Below are positions 29,369 to 37,720 of a DNA stretch of 64,000 bases, one piece after another. The position numbers and the translations under genes were made by a program. This DNA is from an uncultured Dehalococcoidales bacterium. Its GTDB lineage: Bacteria > Chloroflexota > Dehalococcoidia > Dehalococcoidales > CAYYQY01. Under the pieces are notes generated by a model. It was given only the letters and a program-made list of their open reading frames with translations, did not search any database and had not been told where the DNA came from. The stretch is from assembly GCA_964473905.1 (NCBI GenBank), contig CAYYQY010000003.1, positions 20,546-84,545 of the forward strand. Reading direction: 5' to 3'. Numbering within the stretch: position 1 is the stretch's first letter; the number at the start of each line of letters is the position of its first letter.

Positions 29369-30125
29369 TGTTCGCTTCCATCCCCAGTTGTTTACAGTGC
29401 TTGCAACCGGGGTCTCTTTTTACGGTAAACTCTCTGAATTGTAAATTAAGCCCATCGTAGACCAGTAATTTATTGGTCAGCAGTTTGCCGGTACCCAGGA
29501 TATACTTTATTACCTCCGTAGCCTGGATACTACCCATGATGGCTGCTGTAACGCCAACTATAGGTATTGTTGCGGCGGGTATAGCGCCGCGATATATGCA
29601 TTTCAGGCAGGCAGTTTTACCTGGGATTATGGTCGTAGCCCGGCCTTCAAAGCCATATACAGCGCCATGGAAGAAGGGTATGCCTTTGGATACGGCGGTC
29701 TTATTGAGAATAAATCTTGTCTTCAGGTTATCAACGGCATCCACTATTAAGTCACAACCATCCGTAAGCCCGAAGATATTGTCTTCGGTAATAAGCTCAT
29801 CCCTGGCTTCTACTGTCACCTCCGGGTTAATCAGGTTCAGCTTATCTACGGCTAAGTCAACCTTCATCCTGCCTATATCCTTATCCCGGTACAGTACCTG
29901 TCTATTAAGGTTGCTGAGCTCCACGCGGCCGCTATCAACCACTCGCAGCGTACCCACTCCCGCTGCTGCCAGGTAGGTGCATACTGGCGCGCCAATCCCG
30001 CCGGCGCCGGCGATGAAGACCTTGGCCCGCTTGAGTTTCTCCTGGCCGGCCTCACCGAAGCCTTCAATCATAATCTGACGGCTGTATCTTTCCCGTTCAC
30101 TTCCGGTAAGCATAGCGTTATTCAC
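29352..30125 (-). CDS. ThiF/MoeB/HesA-family adenylyltransferase (E1-like)
   Basis: 257 aa. RYSRQIMIEGFG, nucleotide loop IAGAGGIGAP, and two CxxC pairs (CLKC, CKHC) as in the zinc site of MoeB/ThiF. No rhodanese domain. Confidence 0.85.
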   Translation of the reverse strand: MNNAMLTGSERERYSRQIMIEGFGEAGQEKLKRAKVFIAGAGGIGAPVCTYLAAAGVGTLRVVDSGRVELSNLNRQVLYRDKDIGRMKVDLAVDKLNLINPEVTVEARDELITEDNIFGLTDGCDLIVDAVDNLKTRFILNKTAVSKGIPFFHGAVYGFEGRATTIIPGKTACLKCIYRGAIPAATIPIVGVTAAIMGSIQATEVIKYILGTGKLLTNKLLVYDGLNLQFREFTVKRDPGCKHCKQLGMEANNEYQD

Positions 30126-30136
30126 TCCCCGGTGCC

Positions 30137-30937
30137 TTAATCACTCTGGCTTATCTTTCCAGTTAATACCCTTGAAGGGTGACTGTATATGTTCATTCTG
30201 CTGCCGCGGACAAAACCGATTAGCGTTATACCCCGGTCGGCGGCTATCTTTACCCCCAGGGTAGTCGGTGCCGATTTGGATATGAGCACGGGGATATTTC
30301 TTCTGGCTATCTTGAGTATTATCTCCGAGGATACGCGGCCACTCGTAATCATTATACGGTCGTCCGTCGTTAAGCCGATGGCAAGACACTCGCCGATTAC
30401 CTTGTCAATGGCATTATGCCGGCCGATGTCCTCGCTGAACAGGAGAATATTTTGTCTGTCGCTCAGGGCGGCACTATGGACGCCGCCTGTTTTCCTGAAT
30501 ATCCGTGAGCGCTGCACAAAGTCATCCATAATTGTATAAATCTCAGCCGGTGATATTTGTAAGCCGGACTTTATCTCTCCGGGACTGTCGCCATTGGCAC
30601 TGGCGTAAGGCTGGAGAGTCCTGCCGCTGCTGGATGCAATAAGCTGAGGGGATGATAAATCAGGGGCTATAACCATGTTATTTCTGCTGGTTATACGGGC
30701 AAAGCCTCGCTCACTATCGATAGTGATACTATCTATATCGTCTTTACTTTTTATAAGCCCCTCTGAAACGAGGAAACCCAAGGCCAGATAGTCCAGTTTG
30801 GCCGGGGAACACAGCAGTGTTACGAGCTCCCGGTTGTCAAGTATTATGGTAATGGGTAGCTCTACGGTTACCGTATCCTTGAAGTCGCTCCTTCGCTGCT
30901 CGGTGATGCGTACTATGGGGACTTCATCTATCTCCAT
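30137..30937 (-). CDS. fdhD: FdhD/NarQ-family protein lacking the canonical Cys-pair loop
   Basis: 266 aa. LDYLALGFLVSEGLI, TGGVHSAAL and EDIGRHNAIDK match the FdhD family. Where E. coli FdhD has GRTGCGVCG, this protein has GRTLQPYAS. Confidence 0.8.
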   Translation of the reverse strand: MEIDEVPIVRITEQRRSDFKDTVTVELPITIILDNRELVTLLCSPAKLDYLALGFLVSEGLIKSKDDIDSITIDSERGFARITSRNNMVIAPDLSSPQLIASSSGRTLQPYASANGDSPGEIKSGLQISPAEIYTIMDDFVQRSRIFRKTGGVHSAALSDRQNILLFSEDIGRHNAIDKVIGECLAIGLTTDDRIMITSGRVSSEIILKIARRNIPVLISKSAPTTLGVKIAADRGITLIGFVRGSRMNIYSHPSRVLTGKISQSD

Positions 30938-31034
30938 AATTATATTTCCTGACCGGTTTGCCGGTTTTGGTCAGCCGAAAAAAGCTCTAATGTACAACTG
31001 TACTTATACTGCACTATATCTATTTAATTGTCTA

Positions 31035-31820
31035 TTACTTTCCAGACAGTTTATTTATGGCTACTTCGGCCGCTCTTTTGCCGGAAAGCAGCATACCGCC
31101 AAAAACGGGGCCCATTCTGGGTGAACCAAAAACGGCGTTGGCTGCCATACCGCTTACTATCAAGCCGGGATATGCTTCTTTAGTGTTATCCAGTATCTCT
31201 CTCTCCCCGATTTCAGCCCACATTGATTTTTCGCCGGCGATTTTGCCCGTTTCCAGTAATAGCTTGGCGCCGAGTTTTTCGCTCACTATATGACATACTT
31301 CGCTGGCATGTCCCGTGGCATCTATCACCGCCTTGGCGCGTATTGAGAGCGGGTCTACATGCAGTTTGGCTATTTGCGTGGCGGTCCAGTTTAAAACGAG
31401 GCCGGTTACCCGGTCATTCTCCCGTATCATTACGTCCTCAACGCTTATCAGGTTAAATATCTTCGCACCGGCTCTTATCGTGCGGTAGCATATAGCCGAG
31501 ACAGCTTCCAGGGCGTCCGCAGTGAAGTAGCCCGGTTGATACAACTTGGCGGCAATGTCAAACTCGTCCAGAATATGCTTACCCTCCTGCTGTACCACGA
31601 TATGATTGAACATCATACCGCCGCCGGGCATACCCCCACCGACACGAAGTTGCCTTTCAAAAATAACGGTTTTTAAGCCGGCTTTAGCCAGGAAATACGC
31701 GGCAGTCATACCGGACGGGCCGGCGCCGACTATAGCCACGTCAACCTGCATGGCGTCTAAGAAGTCTTTCATAAAGGTCTCAACAATTGCCTTGGATATG
31801 GTAATCTCGTCTAGTTCCAT
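31035..31820 (-). CDS. thi4: Thi4-type thiamine thiazole synthase
   Basis: 261 aa. [20 protein letters not shown] dinucleotide fold, [20 protein letters not shown], and a C-terminal [21 protein letters not shown] pattern typical of archaeal/eukaryotic Thi4. Confidence 0.85.
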   Translation of the reverse strand: MELDEITISKAIVETFMKDFLDAMQVDVAIVGAGPSGMTAAYFLAKAGLKTVIFERQLRVGGGMPGGGMMFNHIVVQQEGKHILDEFDIAAKLYQPGYFTADALEAVSAICYRTIRAGAKIFNLISVEDVMIRENDRVTGLVLNWTATQIAKLHVDPLSIRAKAVIDATGHASEVCHIVSEKLGAKLLLETGKIAGEKSMWAEIGEREILDNTKEAYPGLIVSGMAANAVFGSPRMGPVFGGMLLSGKRAAEVAINKLSGK

Positions 31821-31845
31821 GGTTCCCCTTTCCTAAAGCCTTTTC

Positions 31846-32763
31846 CTAGGCTATTTCTAACATTCTATCTACGGCGTGTTTTGCCCTGAGACGTATATCA
31901 GCCGGTACTTTAATCTCGTATTTCATGTCCTTTAGCGCCAGTAGCACCTTCTCCAGAGTGATAAGTTTCATGTCTGGGCAAATGGCCTGCACCGAGGCGG
32001 GAATAAATATTTTATCCGGGTTCTCCTTTATTAGCCGGTATATTATACCAATCTCCGTGCCGATGATTATTTCTCGCGCTTCTGTTTCCCTGGCAAACCG
32101 GCACATGCCGCTGGTGCTTAGGGCCTCATCGGCGAGGGCGATAACTTCGGGCTTGCACTCCGGATGCACAATTACTTTGGCTCGCGGATTTGCTAGTTTC
32201 GCCTTCAAAATATCTTCGGGGCTAATACGGGCATGGGTAGGGCAGAAACCGGGCCAGAGGGAAATATTCTTTCTACCGGTCTTTAAGGCGACATACTGCC
32301 CCAGGTACTGGTCGGGAATAAATAGAATCTCCCTGTCGCCCAGGCTTTTTACAATATTCACCGCATTCGCCGACGTACAGCAGATGTCTGACTCGGCTTT
32401 AACCTCTGCTGACGAGTTCACGTAGCAGACAACGGTGGCTACCGGCATCTCTGCTTTCCGTTTATTTAAGCTGTCGGCGGTAATCATATCTGCCATGGGG
32501 CAACCGGAACGGGCATCGGGCAGCAGGACTTTTTTGTCCGGGCACAGGATGGAAGCTGTCTCTGCCATAAAACGGACACCGCAGAAAACAATCGTCTCCG
32601 CATTGGTTCTGGCTGCCCGCTGGCTTAGCTCCAGTGAATCACCCACCAGGTCGGCTATATCCTGCACTTCGCCCGGCTGATAGTTGTGGGCAAGTATGAT
32701 GGCATGCCTCCGCTCTTTGAGGTAGAGTATATTTTCCTTAATTTCGCTAATATTCAAAACCAT
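31846..32763 (-). CDS. nadA: Quinolinate synthase
   Basis: 305 aa. ILAHNYQPGEVQDIAD, FCGVRFMAET and VIVHPEC are typical NadA blocks. Confidence 0.9.
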   Translation of the reverse strand: MVLNISEIKENILYLKERRHAIILAHNYQPGEVQDIADLVGDSLELSQRAARTNAETIVFCGVRFMAETASILCPDKKVLLPDARSGCPMADMITADSLNKRKAEMPVATVVCYVNSSAEVKAESDICCTSANAVNIVKSLGDREILFIPDQYLGQYVALKTGRKNISLWPGFCPTHARISPEDILKAKLANPRAKVIVHPECKPEVIALADEALSTSGMCRFARETEAREIIIGTEIGIIYRLIKENPDKIFIPASVQAICPDMKLITLEKVLLALKDMKYEIKVPADIRLRAKHAVDRMLEIA

Positions 32764-32783
32764 GATATTTAAACCCTGCCGTT

Positions 32784-33506
32784 TCAGGTCCCGGATATTA
32801 CGACATCTCCCCAGACTCCCATACTGTCATCCTTGATTATGACGGTACCGGTTATACCGTCAATACACCTCGCAAATCCTATCCCTTTAGGGATATCACC
32901 GGACTCCTTAACCATGTTGCCTGTGGCCGTAGCCACGGCATCGGCCAGGCTGGCGGATGCGGAAATAACTATTACGGCATCCGCCCGACCGTAGCTCAGC
33001 GAGTGGCCTACCGTACCGGAAGAAGTACAGATGCCCAGAGGAGTGTCCCGGCCTTCAATTTCCAGTGCTATTTTCCCGCTTAAAGGAGAGTTACCGGCAT
33101 AGATGCCGATTAGCCGCTTTCGCGAGGATTTAAGATATATATCCCCGCCGTTCTCAATAATTACCTCCTCTGCTGAGTTAATCAGTCTACTACCGACATA
33201 CTCGGCTATTGCTCCGGCTACCGAGGCCATAGGGCCTACTCCAGCTTTTCTTGATGCATCCATCATCGGTCTCAGGATAGGAGCTATGTCTCCGGTACCC
33301 GGCAGCGGTTCCAGTGAAGTTAGAAACGGCGGATGCCGTTCTATGTAGCTCTCCAGGGTGTCACGGTATTTTATTACCAGATTCAGCGCCTCTTCCTCCA
33401 GGTTAGCGGAGGCACGGATATATAAATCAGTCTCCTTTATCACCACGTTGAAACTGGTTAAATCCTCGCCTTTAATCCAGTGACGGTAGGTCTTGGGTTC
33501 GTACAT
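32784..33506 (-). CDS. UPF0280 / COG2122 ApbE-like protein (family of Methanosarcina MA1715)
   Basis: 240 aa. MYEPKTYRHWIKGEDLTSFNVVIKETDLYIRA is a UPF0280-type N-terminus. Sits directly after the COG1900 and NIL-ferredoxin genes. Confidence 0.7.
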   Translation of the reverse strand: MYEPKTYRHWIKGEDLTSFNVVIKETDLYIRASANLEEEALNLVIKYRDTLESYIERHPPFLTSLEPLPGTGDIAPILRPMMDASRKAGVGPMASVAGAIAEYVGSRLINSAEEVIIENGGDIYLKSSRKRLIGIYAGNSPLSGKIALEIEGRDTPLGICTSSGTVGHSLSYGRADAVIVISASASLADAVATATGNMVKESGDIPKGIGFARCIDGITGTVIIKDDSMGVWGDVVISGT

Positions 33507-33510
33507 CAGG

Positions 33511-33921
33511 TTAGAAGTGTAGCTCCATAGCCCGTGGCGGGCAGGCCGTTATGCACTGTCCGCAGGCTATGCACTTATCATCTTCAAAGTTTATTTTTTT
33601 GGTCACCGGGTCAAGGACAAAGGCTCCGGTGGGACATATGGTAACACAGGCGCCACAGTGGGTACATCTGTCTTCGTTACGAACAACGTCCTGGCTCAGC
33701 GATTGAATCTTGATTCCGCTTTTGGTCAGGTAATTGATACCTTTATCGTAGTCCTCTTGCCTGCCTCTTATCTCCAGTACCATCAAGCCTTCCTCTTCCG
33801 GGGTGAAAAAGGCCTTCAGGATATTGAATTCAAGGTCAAAGTCCTTGACGAGCCGGTATACTATGGGCCGGTCTACGATGCGTTTCGGGAAACGGAGGAC
33901 TATCTTCTTTGCTACAGCCAT
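33511..33921 (-). CDS. NIL domain fused to a 2x[4Fe-4S] ferredoxin (family of MA1822)
   Basis: 136 aa. N-terminal NIL-like domain, then CTHCGACVTICP and CIACGQCITACP. Confidence 0.8.
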   Translation of the reverse strand: MAVAKKIVLRFPKRIVDRPIVYRLVKDFDLEFNILKAFFTPEEEGLMVLEIRGRQEDYDKGINYLTKSGIKIQSLSQDVVRNEDRCTHCGACVTICPTGAFVLDPVTKKINFEDDKCIACGQCITACPPRAMELHF

Positions 33922-33939
33922 GGCTAATGCCTTTGTGTT

Positions 33940-35148
33940 TTATTCTTCTATAGGGCGTTCGTTAAGAGGTTTACAGCTTATGCCTGACTCAATGCCGGGT
34001 AGCGGTGCTACCGGTTCACTGAGCAGGAACTCTCCGTTCTCTATCCAGGTCTTAAGCGTGCCGGCTATTTCCAGCGCCCGGGAGTAGCTGGATAGAGAAG
34101 CCGTGGGCACGTCTTTACCCTGGATATTTACCCTACCGCTTCTAAGCTGAGCGTAGCTTACCTCAGCTACTATATCCGGCTTCAAATTGGGGTAAGCATC
34201 TGAGTAATCTATAACCGCGGCCATGATTTCGCTATCGCTTACCGCTGTGTACCTGAGGATTTCTTCAGAGAGTATAGGTATAGGTACGCCGATACCCACG
34301 GTTAAAGTGCAGCCATAGCCCAGCATGCTGGTGCCCACCAGCCAGCGCGGGTTCATATGCTTCAGGTCACCGATTACGGCCAGGGTGCCGGCCCCTCTAC
34401 TGGGTACGCCGTTATCGGTTCGCGGTGCGTTCGGGCTGTGCTGGGTGCCCTGCCAGGCAACATAACCTGTCCCGCCGCCCAGAAATATCTTGGTGCCGAT
34501 ACCGATAGTCTTATAATAGGGGTCATTCAGCAGCGGTGAGAGCTGCCCGGCGGTAGCGTAATTGATGTTTCCCAGATTAGGCTTAAGTACCCCCAGATAG
34601 GTATATATTGTCCGCTTGGATAGGTTGGCCGCCACATTATAGTTCTGGTAGGCATTTCTTATATTGAAAAGCACCGCTTCATTCAGGTCCTTGATATTAA
34701 TCAGGGTTTCAAGACGCTTTCTGGGATAGCAATCGGTGCCGTAAGCGGTGGCTACCAGGCTGATATCCTTACCGGCTACCAGCTCCTCAATCACGTGGCC
34801 GCCACCATAGTTGAATTCACCGGGATGGACTCTATTCCTGGGGTCATCATCGGGCAGCGCGCCGGCGCCGACAAATAAATCGGCTGCGGCCAATCCGGTG
34901 TAGGCTGGTACATCGTTGAGATATACCCTGCCGCCGCCGAGCTTGATTCTCGGTTTTGAGTGGCCGATGTTGAAGTAGGCACCTGACGAGCACATAGGAC
35001 CAAGGGTGCCCGTGGTAACCACGTCAACTTCCCGGGCTACCTTTTGTAGCCCCTTCTCTCTGACCAGGTCAATTATTTCCTCGGCAGTGACGACGACTGC
35101 CTTGCCCAGTTTTATCTTTTCGTTTATTTCGCCAATCGTTCTTGTCAT
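33940..35148 (-). CDS. COG1900 (DUF39) homocysteine-biosynthesis protein (family of MA1821), without CBS domains
   Basis: 402 aa. TIGEINEKIKLGKAVVVTAEEI N-terminus and overall COG1900 pattern. Genomic pairing with the NIL-ferredoxin. Confidence 0.75.
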   Translation of the reverse strand: MTRTIGEINEKIKLGKAVVVTAEEIIDLVREKGLQKVAREVDVVTTGTLGPMCSSGAYFNIGHSKPRIKLGGGRVYLNDVPAYTGLAAADLFVGAGALPDDDPRNRVHPGEFNYGGGHVIEELVAGKDISLVATAYGTDCYPRKRLETLINIKDLNEAVLFNIRNAYQNYNVAANLSKRTIYTYLGVLKPNLGNINYATAGQLSPLLNDPYYKTIGIGTKIFLGGGTGYVAWQGTQHSPNAPRTDNGVPSRGAGTLAVIGDLKHMNPRWLVGTSMLGYGCTLTVGIGVPIPILSEEILRYTAVSDSEIMAAVIDYSDAYPNLKPDIVAEVSYAQLRSGRVNIQGKDVPTASLSSYSRALEIAGTLKTWIENGEFLLSEPVAPLPGIESGISCKPLNERPIEE

Positions 35149-35156
35149 TGTACTAG

Positions 35157-35185
35157 ATGATAGTATGTAAGCCTGTAATTGTCAA
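35157..35185 (-). promoter_or_regulatory. Sigma-70-type promoter of the COG1900 sulfur operon, placed so the mRNA would be leaderless or nearly so
   Basis: The minus strand reads TTGACA (35185-35180), a 17-nt spacer, TATCAT (35162-35157), then 8 nt (ctagtaca) and the ATG at 35148. No Shine-Dalgarno. Confidence 0.55.
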
Positions 35186-35340
35186 TTTGGCCATCTTGCC
35201 AGTATCCTGCTTATACGGCATCTATAATATTAGCTGTGACATGTGGCCTGCCGATAAAGGTAAATGAAAAAGATAATAATCTATAGATTGAGACATGAAG
35301 AGTATTAGACAGGAACACCTAAGGCCATCAACTTTTTGGA

Positions 35341-35766
35341 TTACTCGCCGAATGCAGTAACCAAAGGGTGCTGTTCCCGGTACTCAATAAGCTCAATCAT
35401 GACGCCAAAGGTATCCTTGGGGTGGAAGGTAGCCGTCCGGGCATCGCCAATCTGCTCGCCGCCGATTTGCCGGATACCCTTTGCCTTCATTTCGGTTATG
35501 GCCGCATCCAGGTCGGGCACCTTGAAGGATATCATGGATACACCCTCTCCCTTCTGCTCCAGGAGCCGCTCGGCATTGCCGCCCGGCGTTAGCGGTGCAC
35601 ACAGGTTAATACAAGATGGTAAAGGGCCTACGGTTTGCTTAATATCAAAATTCTTGTTATCCCAGGACTGTGAAAACTCAATACCCATTACGTCGCTAAA
35701 AAGCCCTATCGCTTTCGCCAGGTCTCTTACAAAAATGGTAATGTGGTCAATCCTATCGATTTTCAC
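35341..35766 (-). CDS. VOC/glyoxalase-family protein (methylmalonyl-CoA epimerase-like)
   Basis: 141 aa. IDHITIFVRDLAKAIGLFSDVMG VOC motif. GTG start behind GGGAGG. Confidence 0.7.
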   Translation of the reverse strand: MKIDRIDHITIFVRDLAKAIGLFSDVMGIEFSQSWDNKNFDIKQTVGPLPSCINLCAPLTPGGNAERLLEQKGEGVSMISFKVPDLDAAITEMKAKGIRQIGGEQIGDARTATFHPKDTFGVMIELIEYREQHPLVTAFGE

Positions 35767-35840
35767 GGTGTCACCTCCCGAATTATTCTATAGCTACAGG
35801 CGCATCATTGTCAATTTGACGTACCCGAGACGGGCGACGG

Positions 35841-35870
35841 TTGCCGAACAGTCTCCATATGAGCTATAAT
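35841..35870 (+). promoter_or_regulatory. Sigma-70-type promoter of aspS
   Basis: TTGCCG (35841-35846), an 18-nt spacer, then TATAAT (35865-35870). The track's ORF start at 35841 is this -35 box. Confidence 0.45.
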
Positions 35871-35900
35871 TTAAAGCTGATACTTTTTCTGGAGGTAGTC

Positions 35901-37694
35901 TTGCTGAGAACACATAGCTGCGGTGAGCTGCGGAAGGAACATACCGGCACCAGGGTAACTCTGGCCGGTTGGGTAGACCGCCGCCGTGATCACGGGGGCC
36001 TCATATTTATTGATCTCCGGGGGCGGGACGGTATAGTCCAGGTGGTCTATAACCCGGAAGTATCAGGCATATGCCACGAAACTGCCGGCGAGATGCGCAG
36101 CGAGTACGTGGTACAGGTAACCGGTGAGGTGGCGCCCCGGCCGAGGGGAACGGAAAATCCAAGATTGCCTACGGGTGAAATAGAGGTTATTGCAGGGGAA
36201 ACCAGAATATTAAATCCGTCAATAACCCCGCCTTTTTACATCAACGAGGACATTGAGATAGAAGAGAGCCTGCGTCTTAAGTATCGCTACCTTGACATAC
36301 GGCGGGCGCGGATGAAAAACAATATATTTCTCCGACACCGGGTAGTGAAATATGTCCGTGATTTCCTGGATGCAAGAGGGTTTATTGAGGTAGAAACGCC
36401 CATCCTCATAAAAAGCACGCCGGAAGGCGCACGTGATTACCTGGTGCCAAGCCGCGTCCATCCAGGCGAGTTCTATGCTCTGCCCCAGTCGCCGCAGCAG
36501 CTTAAGCAACTGCTCATGGTGGCCGGAGTGGAGAAATATTTTCAGATAGCCAGGTGCTTCCGAGATGAAGACCTCCGCGCCGATCGCCAGCCCGAGTTTA
36601 CCCAGCTTGACATGGAAATGAGTTTCATTGAAGAGGAAGATATCATCAGCCTGATGGAAGAGATGTTCACGGCCCTTGTAACTGAAGTAAAGCCTGAAAT
36701 GAGGATGATAAAACCATTCCCTCGCCTGAAATATGCCGAGGCGATGGAGCGTTACGGGACTGATAAGCCGGACCTGCGTTTCGGCATGGAAATAAAGGGT
36801 GTATCAGACATTGTCGGTGATTCTGATTTTTCCATATTCCGTAATGCAATAAAAGGCGGTGGAGTAGTCAAAGGCATATGTGCGCCGGGCTGCGCCGGCT
36901 ATACACGGCATCAACTGGAGGAATTGAACCAGATAGTAAGAAGTTTCGGTGCCGAAGGCGTTATAAATATTTCTATAGGAGATAATGCTTCGGGCATAGA
37001 TGATTTGAGCCTTGATATGCTCCGGTCTGTTGCTATCAAATACCTCACCCTGGAGCAGGTAAAGGCAATAGCGGGGCGGCTGGCAGCGACCCCCGGAGAC
37101 CTGTTGCTCATAATGGCGGGTAAGCCGGAAATCGTCGCCATCGCATTGGGAGAGCTGCGGCTGGAGATGGGACGCCGGCTCAACCTGGCTGCTGGCGATT
37201 CGCTTGCCTTTGCTTTTATACTGGACTTTCCGTTATTCAAGTGGGATGAGAAGATGGGGTACTGGGAGACGATGCATCACCCCTTCACCGCGCCCAAGGA
37301 TGAGGATGCCTGTCTGGTGGATACCGAGCCTGGTAAGATGCGGGGTAAACACTACGACATTGTATGTAACGGCTACGAAATAGCAGGCGGTAGCCTGAGA
37401 ATTTACTCCAGCGAGATGCAGAGAAAGGTGTTCAGAATGCTGGGCTATAAAGATGCGGATATTGATGACCGCTTCGGTCATTTACTGGAGGCCTTTGATT
37501 ACGGGGCGCCGCCACACGGTGGTATTGCCTCCGGTATTGACCGCTTGGTCATGCTGCTCGCCGGAGAGCAAAACATCAGGGAGGTTATTGCTTTCCCCAA
37601 GACGCAGAGTGCTATTGATTTAACGCTGAATGCGCCTTCGGCGGTTGGCGATGAGCAGCTTAGAGAGCTGCACTTGAGAATAACAGAGGACTAG
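35901..37694 (+). CDS. aspS: Aspartate--tRNA ligase
   Basis: Class II motif FRDEDLRADRQPEFTQLD, and LRTHSCGELR N-terminus. I place the start at TTG 35901 (GGAGG at 35891-35895, 5-nt spacing) rather than the track's 35841. Confidence 0.93.
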   Translation: MLRTHSCGELRKEHTGTRVTLAGWVDRRRDHGGLIFIDLRGRDGIVQVVYNPEVSGICHETAGEMRSEYVVQVTGEVAPRPRGTENPRLPTGEIEVIAGETRILNPSITPPFYINEDIEIEESLRLKYRYLDIRRARMKNNIFLRHRVVKYVRDFLDARGFIEVETPILIKSTPEGARDYLVPSRVHPGEFYALPQSPQQLKQLLMVAGVEKYFQIARCFRDEDLRADRQPEFTQLDMEMSFIEEEDIISLMEEMFTALVTEVKPEMRMIKPFPRLKYAEAMERYGTDKPDLRFGMEIKGVSDIVGDSDFSIFRNAIKGGGVVKGICAPGCAGYTRHQLEELNQIVRSFGAEGVINISIGDNASGIDDLSLDMLRSVAIKYLTLEQVKAIAGRLAATPGDLLLIMAGKPEIVAIALGELRLEMGRRLNLAAGDSLAFAFILDFPLFKWDEKMGYWETMHHPFTAPKDEDACLVDTEPGKMRGKHYDIVCNGYEIAGGSLRIYSSEMQRKVFRMLGYKDADIDDRFGHLLEAFDYGAPPHGGIASGIDRLVMLLAGEQNIREVIAFPKTQSAIDLTLNAPSAVGDEQLRELHLRITED

Positions 37695-37720
37695 CCGGGG
37701 TTGGCACGGGGAGAAGATTT

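Noticed and set aside
35278-35289. A perfect 12-bp palindrome AATCTATAGATT upstream of the sulfur-operon promoter
   Set aside because: An AT-rich 12-bp palindrome is expected by chance several times in 64 kb. I found no second copy and no cognate regulator gene nearby.
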